A DNA stretch of 64,000 bases from NCBI GenBank assembly GCA_000004985.1, contig GG738845.1. One strand, given 5' to 3'. The notes beneath the pieces were generated by a model. It was not told where the DNA came from. It worked only from the letters and a program-made list of their open reading frames with translations, and ran no database searches. Within the stretch, counting starts at the first letter, position 1. The number at the start of each line of letters is the position of its first letter. Positions 22,415-29,880 of the stretch are shown piece by piece. The stretch comes from Naegleria gruberi (lineage: Eukaryota). The position numbers and the translations under genes are program-made.

Positions 22415-23470
22415 ATGAACAACAGGTTAAAGGATTTGAAGGTGTGTTTTAAAATATTAGGATTCATTAAATGGGAAATGTAAATTACATTAAATTTTCA
22501 CTTTTTAATACAGAAAAAAGCTCAAGGAAGAGCCGATGATCTTGATGAAATTGCCTTACAGGATAAATACGAACACGGAGACTTGGAAAGAGCTGAAGGT
22601 GGTTACTCCAACGGAAGGTTGATTCCAAAGGAATCAGAATTTGTTTCTGAATTTTTCAGTCAAGTCAGTGAGATTAAAACTAGAATTAATAAGATTGATG
22701 AAAATGCAACCTTAATGGAAAAACAATATAACAGCATCATAGCAGAAGTAAAGAAAGAAGCAAACACAAAAGCTTTTAAACAAAAAGTCACAGCCCTATC
22801 CGATGATATTGATGACGACATGAGATTTGTGAAGAGGAGTCTTGAAGAAATGGCTCAAACCAACAGAATTTTAGAAGAACATTCCGCAGAGAGGAGAATG
22901 AGAGAAAATCAACATGCATCACTCACACAGCTTTTCTTCACTGTTATGCAACGATTTAACGGAATTCAAGCAGCTTGTAAACAAAGATACAGAGATGATT
23001 TAATGCGAAATCTCAGAAATATTTATAGTGAAGATGAAAAGTCAGATGAAGAACTCAATGAAATGATAGAATCCGGTCAAATTCAAGAGGGAAATTTATA
23101 TGGAAAGTTTTTGTTAAAAAACTCAACACAAAACACTATCAAATCTACTTACAGTGAGATCAAGGAAACCCATGAAGATTTGAAACGACTGGAATTATCC
23201 ATGAGCGAACTTCAAGATATGTTCAGAGATTTGCACTCTCTTTTAATGATGCAACAAGATTTGATCGATAACATAGAAGACAATGTATTAAGAAGTGTTG
23301 ACTATACTGAAAAGGGTGTTAACAATATCAAGACTGCAAAGAAAGTGGCTGACAAGACCAGACATGCCAAGTGCTGTTTGTTTGTCATTGTAATTGTTGT
23401 CGCAATTGTTGTTATTTTGATTGTGGCTGGTGTTATTGGTATTTCTGTTCCTCTTTCTATATTGAAGTAG
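22415..23470 (+). CDS. syntaxin-1-like Qa-SNARE (Habc, SNARE motif, C-terminal TM anchor). Two exons: join(22415..22441,22514..23470), 327 aa
   Basis: A 9-codon first exon MNNRLKDLK is followed by a 72-bp GTGTGT..TACAG intron (22442..22513), then KKAQGRADDLDEIALQ... in frame with the ORF. The track's leading M at 22583 is a TTG. The SNARE motif LHSLLMMQQDLIDNIEDNV matches STX1A LVESQGEMIDRIEYNV. The C-terminal CCLFVIVIVVAIVVILIVAGVIGI is a tail anchor. Confidence 0.85.
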
Positions 23471-23484
23471 AACTTTTACTTGTA

Positions 23485-23490
23485 AATAAA
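23485..23490 (+). terminator. AATAAA polyadenylation signal 15 bp downstream of the syntaxin stop codon
   Basis: The hexamer AATAAA sits at 23485-23490, and a second AATAAA-like motif lies a few bp further on. This is consistent with very short 3' UTRs elsewhere in the window. Confidence 0.35.
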
Positions 23491-23749
23491 TGTAAAGAAT
23501 AAATTCATTCATTTCAAATTTTTTATGACAATCAGTATGATTGTTACTGGAAATTATCTGATTTACTGCACAAATTGAGATAGAAATATGGAGCAAATGC
23601 CAACCATGCTCGGGGATAAAGATTTAGATGACCTTGATGTACACAGTTTTATCATATCGCCACTTCTGGTTCGCATTCTTCTTCAATCACTTTCGCTACC
23701 CAACAACAAAATTGATTGAACAAATCTGTTGTGTTTTATTGAAGAAAAA

Positions 23750-25561
23750 ATGCGTAGATACATCACCAGTAATACCACACAAGTATTTACCAACTCTCTC
23801 CTCTCAAAAACGTGCGCTCAAAGACACTATTCCCAATCATCGAATTCGGAGAAGGCACCACTACCACCTAATTTTGAGTCAGCAATCATTAATGACAATA
23901 CTAAAGTCAATATTGAATCTCAGATAAATTCCGAAATATTAACTGAGAGGAAGTATCATGTTATTCCATCCATCTTTGAACAATATGGAACACCTCGTCC
24001 TCCAACTTTTTCACTCATTCATCAATATAACTCGGATTCTAAACATTTGGACTTTTCTACAACATCAGAAGTAACAGCAAGTTTGCCAAACATTGAAAAA
24101 ACCTACCCGGATTCTCATCTCATAGAATATTACTCGAAACATAATGCACAACTGAAATCTGTTCAATTGAAAGATAATGTTGTTGACAGTCAACCATATT
24201 ACAGATTATCTGCATTTAATTATGGATCTGTAAGATACAGTTTATTAAGATCAGGATTTAAACGTGTTGGAAAGGATGTTCCAGTTGTTGAAAGAGGATA
24301 TTTAAAACTTTCAGAACAAGATCAAGAAAAGAGATTTGAAAGTTTTGTTAACGAACCATTTTCAATTTACTGGGGTAGACACTTACCAGCTCATTTCTAT
24401 CAGCATTTAAATCATTTCCAAAGAGTGAACCACTTTCCTGGATCAACTAATTTGGGTAGAAAGGATCTATTGTTTATCAATTTATTCAGACAAAAACAAT
24501 TGTCAGGTGATTCAGAATATGGTTTCTTTCCTGACAGCTTTTTACTTCCTTATGATTATAAGGTTTTTCAACAAAGATGTAAAGAGCAGGATTTATTTAT
24601 CCTTAAACCTTTTGCAAGCAGTTGTGGTCGTGGTATAAGTGTGTATAATACCAAGAAACATGCACCACTCCCAGAAGATAAACGTATACTCGTACAGGAA
24701 TACATCGCTAACCCTCTACTGATAGCAGGAAAGAAATTTGATATGAGATTATATGTTTTAGTTTCATCATATGATCCGCTTCGTGTATATCTTCATTGTG
24801 ATGGTTTGGCACGTTTTGCCACTGAGGAATATGACATGTCAAGACTAGATTCTGTTTTTTCCCATCTCACTAACTATTCCATCAATAAGAAATCAGATAA
24901 TTTCGTAAGAAATGATGAAGAATGTGAGGATGAGGAAGATGGTTGGAATGAACATGCTCACAAGTGGAGTATTCCATCTTTAAAAACCTATTTGGCTCGT
25001 AATGGATATCCAGTTGATAAAATTTGGGGTGATATTGAAGGTCTCATTGTAAAGACATTAATTTCTGTTGAGAATAGAATTCGTGGCACATGTGAAAAGG
25101 TTCAAATGCCATCAAAGAACAATTGTTTCGAGATTTATGGATTTGATGTTATGTTAGATGGAGATCTTAAACCATGGCTTATTGAAGTTAACATTATGCC
25201 ATCACTTGCTGTTTCTTCAGTATTGGATAAGAGAGTCAAAGTAGATGTTTTAAGCGAGTCGTTCCATATTTTAGGAATGATTCCTCATTCTCGAGCCAAT
25301 TATGAGCAAGAAAAGAAGACTAAACTGAACTATTACGGAGAGTCTGTAAGTGCCAAAGAAAAGTACATTCTTCATGATAGCGAAGATGAACTGTCCAGAT
25401 TGCACAACTTTAAGAGAATCTATCCGCCTGTTGATGGTAACCCAGCCAGATATGAACATTTATTCCAAGAACATGTCGAATCTAACAAGGTACTCATAGA
25501 TTTTGAAAAGGAAAAAAGAACAACAACAAATATTGAATCCCTTCACAAACTGATTGCATAA
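23750..25561 (+). CDS. tubulin-tyrosine-ligase-like (TTLL) family protein, polyglutamylase-type TTL/ATP-grasp domain, 603 aa
   Basis: The real ATG is at 23750; the track's M at 23729 is a TTG. TTL-domain motifs match TTLL1 and TTLL9: [16 protein letters not shown] (QIVNHFPNHYELTRKDL), [56 protein letters not shown] ([41 protein letters not shown]), and [27 protein letters not shown] ([27 protein letters not shown]). Confidence 0.8.
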   Translation: [603 protein letters not shown]

Positions 25562-25595
25562 ATGAATTTTTATTTGTTTAATTATTCTTCTTGTA

Positions 25596-25618
25596 TTTTG
25601 GCGCCAAAACTTGTACAA
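25596..25618 (+). promoter_or_regulatory. composite promoter motif: perfect palindromic E2F-like site TTTTGGCGCCAAAA then CTTGTACAA; 50-73 bp upstream of the CFAP57 ATG, in the 107-bp spacer after the TTLL stop
   Basis: TTTTGGCGCCAAAA is at 25596-25609, like the overlapping inverted E2F sites in DHFR-type promoters. TTGTACAA is at 25611-25618. A downstream CCGCCAAT (CCAAT box / further GGCGG) follows at about 25633-25641. It shares 17 of 19 nt (GCGCCAAAnnTTGTACAA) with the 22208-22240 element in the same gene-relative orientation. Confidence 0.45.
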
Positions 25619-25668
25619 TTTATTTAGCCTTCTTCCGCCAATTTTTGCAACAACAGAAAAAAAACATC

Positions 25669-28546
25669 ATGATCTCTAATGAGGACACCATTCCCAAAAC
25701 ACCCACCTCGTCTTCGGAGGACACACCAAGGAAAGAGGTTAAAGAAGCAAATAGTTTAATAGATCCTTCATCACAAAAAAAGGAAGAAGAGGAATATACT
25801 GTAGAGGACGATAATTTTGAAGGAAGTAGATTAAAATTTTAGTAAGTTTTAGTTAAATTGATAAAGATAACAACAATACTAGTCACACACTAGGTTTAAG
25901 GAGCATACCACAACCTATTCAACATTTGGAAAATGAGGAAGAAATGGTTTACCTAGTTGGAAAACATGTTTCCATCTATAATTACGAAAAAAGAACTCAT
26001 TCTTTCATTTTAAAAAGTAACAACATTCTGGAAATACATTGCTTTGCTATTTCCCCAAATAGAGCTCTTATAGCATTGAGTGAATCATTTATCGATCAGA
26101 AAAAGAAACTTAGCAACACCCCAAACACAAAAGACGCAGTAGAACATCAAATTTCTGTTTATAATTTCAAGAATGCAAAAAGAGCAAGAGTACTTAGTGT
26201 TGTAGGACCATCTGGTAAATCGACTCCAGTTATTTCAATGGCTTTTTCAGGAGATGCTCAGTATTTGGCAGCAGTAACAGATGAACCTGAACAAGCAATT
26301 TATTTATGGCATCTAGCAAAAGCAAATGTAAGTCTAAATTGAATGATTGTGACAATGAACTTGAATTCAGAGAATATCATGTAAAAAAATACCATTCAAA
26401 GTAACTCAAATCTCTATTAATCCTTATTCCCCTTGGCAACTTGCTACTTCTGGGCCAGATGATATGAAAATTTGGAGATACACAGAAGGAGAGTTGAAAC
26501 ATATTGACCCAATAGGGAGTGACAAGTATACTTACAAATGTCATTCTTGGTATGATGACGAAAAGTTGCTTGTAGGAACTGAGGAAGGTCAGGTACTTGT
26601 TATCGAAGGGAAAAATGTCGTAAAAGTGATTTCCAATGTTCACCCTAATGCATCAGGTATCCTTTGTATTGAGGCAATAGATAGAGGTTTTGTTTGTGCT
26701 GGTGAAAATGGTTATTTCTCTGTTTTTGAAAGGACGTACGATTCAGAACATTTTAATCATTACAAAAAATTTAGAACTATTGAAAAAAGGAAAATTGTTG
26801 CATTGTGTGTTTCCAGAAAGGAGAATAATGTAATTTGTAGTTATGATGACAACAAACTTGCCTTCTTTTCTTTAGCGAATGTAGATATTCTCAAAGAAAA
26901 TGATAACAACTTTACACTCCTGCCTGTGGGATTCCATGGCCAACTAGTTCTAGGAATGTCAAATTGTATTCAAAAACCGTTACTTGTTACTTGTGGATCT
27001 GATAGGACATTACGGTTATGGAATTATGTAAAAAGACAAATCGAGCTGGAAAAAACATTTGATGAGGATGTTTATTGTGTAACTTTGGATCCAACTGGAA
27101 CAAGAATATTACTAGGATTTAGGTACAAGTTGAGTTGTTATGCAATATTATCAAATGATTTATATTTATTACATGATTGGCATATTAAGGGATGTAAGCT
27201 AGCCAACTATTCGAATGGAGGACATTATTTTGCATGTGTATCGGCAACATCAATATTGGTTATATCCTCTCTAACATTTCAAGTTGTAAATACATTGAGA
27301 GGGCATAGTGGAATCATTAAATCAGTGGTTTGGGGTAAAAATGATACTCAACTTGCATCAGCAAGTTTTGATGGAACTATCTGTGAGTGGGATATTGTAT
27401 CTGACAAACTAAGAATACATGAAAATGTTGTTAAAACTTGTGCATTCAGATGCGTTGCCTATGATCACAAAAATCACATGTGCTCTGGAGTTGGAAGTGA
27501 TGGTAATTTGTGGACGTTTGGAGGTGGAACACTATTCAGTCAAATTCCAACAAAGGAAGATCTAACCTGCCTTGTTTATTGTTCCCAGGCTGAACTAGGG
27601 ATTGTTGGTACAGCAAGTGGAAAACTTCTCTTGTATGCTTGGCCTCCAGATGACCATGCGTTTGTAGAGTATGAGGTTCACAATGGTGCAATTTCATCTA
27701 TAATATTAAGTCAGGATGAAAAGTTTCTGTTCACTTTAGGAGCAGATGACACTCTTTTCATGCTAGAAATTGAGACAAGAAAAGAAGGAAAAACTCTTCA
27801 ATTGAAATCTGTAGATTTTGATAAGTTTTATGATCTCTATTACACACTGAGAGGAATAGAAGAAGAAACAGAACAGCAAATAATGGAACTTTCAGATAAA
27901 GCAAAACTAGCAAGTGATGAAAATGAACGAAAATACCAACACATTGTGGATAGATATGACCAAGAACTTGAGTCTCAAAAAATGAAATTTACAAACGATA
28001 TTAAGGAATTAAAACGAAGGAATGAACTACTAAAATCTCAGTTAACAGATCAAGAAGCTAATTCCAAAGAAAACGTTAACAGAATTGAGTATTCACATCA
28101 GGAAGAAATAGACCATGAGCGAACCATCTCTGAAAACCTCTTGAAAGAAACAAAAGAAAAATATGATAGGGAAATAGAAAGTTTGAAGGAGAAACTAGCA
28201 TACTTTGTTGATTTGGTGAAGGTTATGACCGAGAAACACGAAGAAGAAATTGAGAAATTGAAGCAAGAGTATGAGGAAGAAAAACTTCAGCTGGTTGAAA
28301 CCTATGATAACCTTAGCCAAGACTTTAAACAATTATCAAGTGTTTATCAGGCGACAGTACAACAATCAGAGGAAGATTTTGACACTCAACTTAAAAGAGT
28401 TAAGACATCCTTGATTCATACAATCGAAAAACACAAACAATCCGTTATTGAAGCCAAAGGAGAGGCTGTTAAAAAAGGAACCAAAGTTGAAGAGCTGAAG
28501 AAGGAAATAACCTTGCTCAAGTCAAAAGTTTCAAAGCAAGAAGAAA
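25669..28546 (+). CDS. CFAP57: cilia- and flagella-associated protein 57 (CFAP57/WDR65): WD40 beta-propeller plus C-terminal coiled coil; 3' end lost in assembly gap. Exons: join(25669..25841,25883..26327,26401..>28546)
   Basis: Exon 1 (ATG at 25669, MISNEDTIPK...GSRLKF) ends in phase 2 at a GTAAGT donor. A 41-bp intron (25842..25882) gives ...KF|Y|HTLGLRSIPQPIQ..MVYLVGKHVSIYNYEK, matching human CFAP57 ..ALHVFGLRSHV..IIIFPSGNHCVKYNVDQK. A 73-bp intron (26328..26400, phase 0) joins to VTQISINPYSPWQ.... Conserved blocks include ISPNRALIALSE (ISPNRRYLAISE), ISMAFSGDAQYLAAVTDEPEQAIYLW ([26 protein letters not shown]), and CIQKPLLVTCGSDRTLRLWNY ([21 protein letters not shown]). A heptad-rich coiled-coil tail follows. 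The ORF runs straight into the 50-N gap at 28547, so about 300 aa are missing. Confidence 0.75.
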
Positions 28547-28596
28547 NNNNNNNNNNNNNNNNNNNNNNNNNNNNNNNNNNNNNNNNNNNNNNNNNN
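28547..28596. other. assembly gap (50 N placeholder) inside the CFAP57 coding region
   Basis: A run of exactly 50 N. The flanking reading frame is open into the gap, and the sequence after the gap is non-coding. Confidence 0.99.
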
Positions 28597-28625
28597 TTAT
28601 ATATGATTTGTGTGTTTATTTAATT
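28597..28625. repeat. copy 1 of a 24-29-bp direct repeat (TATATGATTTGTGTGTTTATTTAA), immediately after the 50-N gap
   Basis: Matches 29477-29507 (TATATGATTTGTGTTTATTTAAAATTTA) apart from a GT indel. The two copies are about 880 bp apart. Confidence 0.6.
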
Positions 28626-28818
28626 TTTTAAATTTAAAGCACTGCTAATGCCAAGGCGATTAGTGATTGATTTTGAAAGCAATTAATAGATCATCTGAAT
28701 TTTCTATTGACAGAAACGTATTTTAGTAGTTCAGTTCTACCTAGTTGTAATAAACACCGGAAATTTATTTATGTTTTTAACATTAAAAGCTGAAAGTAGT
28801 AAAATGATGATATTTGAA

Positions 28819-28847
28819 ATATATATATATACACATATATATATATT
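28819..28847. repeat. (AT)n / (AC) dinucleotide microsatellite
   Basis: The sequence is atatatatatatacacatatatatatatat in non-coding DNA between the two gaps. Confidence 0.8.
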
Positions 28848-29476
28848 TTAATTGATGTTTGACAAACATATCCACCACATGTATGAAAATTCGTATTTTT
28901 CATTGAAATACTAATAAATTTCTATTTTAATTACTGCCAATTCAAACAGGCAACAAACGACACACATTATCACATTATCAGACATTGTAATAGCAAATGC
29001 TAAACCTTTTGTTGTTTATAATATGTGAAATCTGTAGACAGAAAAAAATGAAACACAGTTTTTAAGAAGAAATCATCGAAAAACTCAAGTAAAATGAAGA
29101 ATAGAAAATCACTTTTAAGGGGTAAAAAATTTAATCTGAATAGATAAATGAATTTGCGAGGAATTATGATGAAAAGGATGTAGTGAGAATGGGATTTGAT
29201 AAAGAGATAAGTAAAAAACATGATGAGGAGTATGATGAAGAATAAAAGAGAAATGATTTTTCTAACATAGATAAATATAATTTTTGTTCACATATATTCA
29301 CCCAATAATTTATCAAAACAATAAAATACCCCAAATCAATTCTCATATCACAACAAAATAAATTGTAAAAATATACAAAAATTATATTCAAACTCGAATT
29401 TAGATCTACAGTATTTCAGAAACGACACTTTATGTTGTTGATAAACCTATAAATTTGGATTTTTAGTTTTTTACAA

Positions 29477-29507
29477 TTTTATATGATTTGTGTTTATTTA
29501 AAATTTA
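29477..29507. repeat. copy 2 of the direct repeat TATATGATTTGTGT(GT)TTATTTAA
   Basis: See copy 1 at 28597-28625. Confidence 0.6.
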
Positions 29508-29880
29508 CGGTTAGAGAGGAATTTTGGATATTATAGTACACTCGTTGTTGAGGTGTTCTTTTTGTCATCATCAGTAAGTGTAATCAGTATGGAGATTCTA
29601 GTTGGATATTATTGACAGCAATTACAAAAAGTACTTGTTATTATTATAAGACAACAATGGATTAGTGGGATAGTTAAGTGGTGTCTCAATCTTTGAACTT
29701 TTAATCTATTTGTCTTAATTTATTATTTTATTATTTTGTGGATTTAAAAACAGAGATTTATCCAAAAAGCCAAGCCAAAAATTCAACCAGATTGTCCTTT
29801 TTAAAAAGCCATATCCAAAAAAAGCGGTTTGGGATAGATATTGGATATTAATATACTCTCCTTCTAATAGTTGCAACTAC

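Noticed and set aside
23598-23732. 44-codon ORF (MEQMPTMLGDKDLDDLDVHSFIISPLLVRILLQSLSLPNNKID) upstream of the TTLL start as a possible 5' exon
   Set aside because: No GT-AG pair connects it in frame to the TTLL ORF. The only frame-compatible splice enters a frame that terminates. It may be a uORF or noise.
28547-28623. ORF-track continuation of CFAP57 through the gap (X-run followed by LYMICVFI and a stop)
   Set aside because: This is an artefact of translating N as X. The post-gap sequence is non-coding repeat DNA, and the true C-terminus of CFAP57 is missing.
29000-29391. Minus-strand ORFs 29000..29221 and 29164..29391 between the gaps
   Set aside because: They are low-complexity F/L/I-rich translations of AT-rich DNA, short, overlapping each other, and have no homology.
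1-29880. Prokaryotic-style systems (CRISPR arrays, operons, IS elements, integrases, toxin-antitoxin)
   Set aside because: The window is eukaryotic nuclear DNA with spliceosomal introns. I found no direct-repeat/spacer arrays, no transposase or integrase ORFs, and no inverted terminal repeats apart from the small direct repeat noted near the gap.
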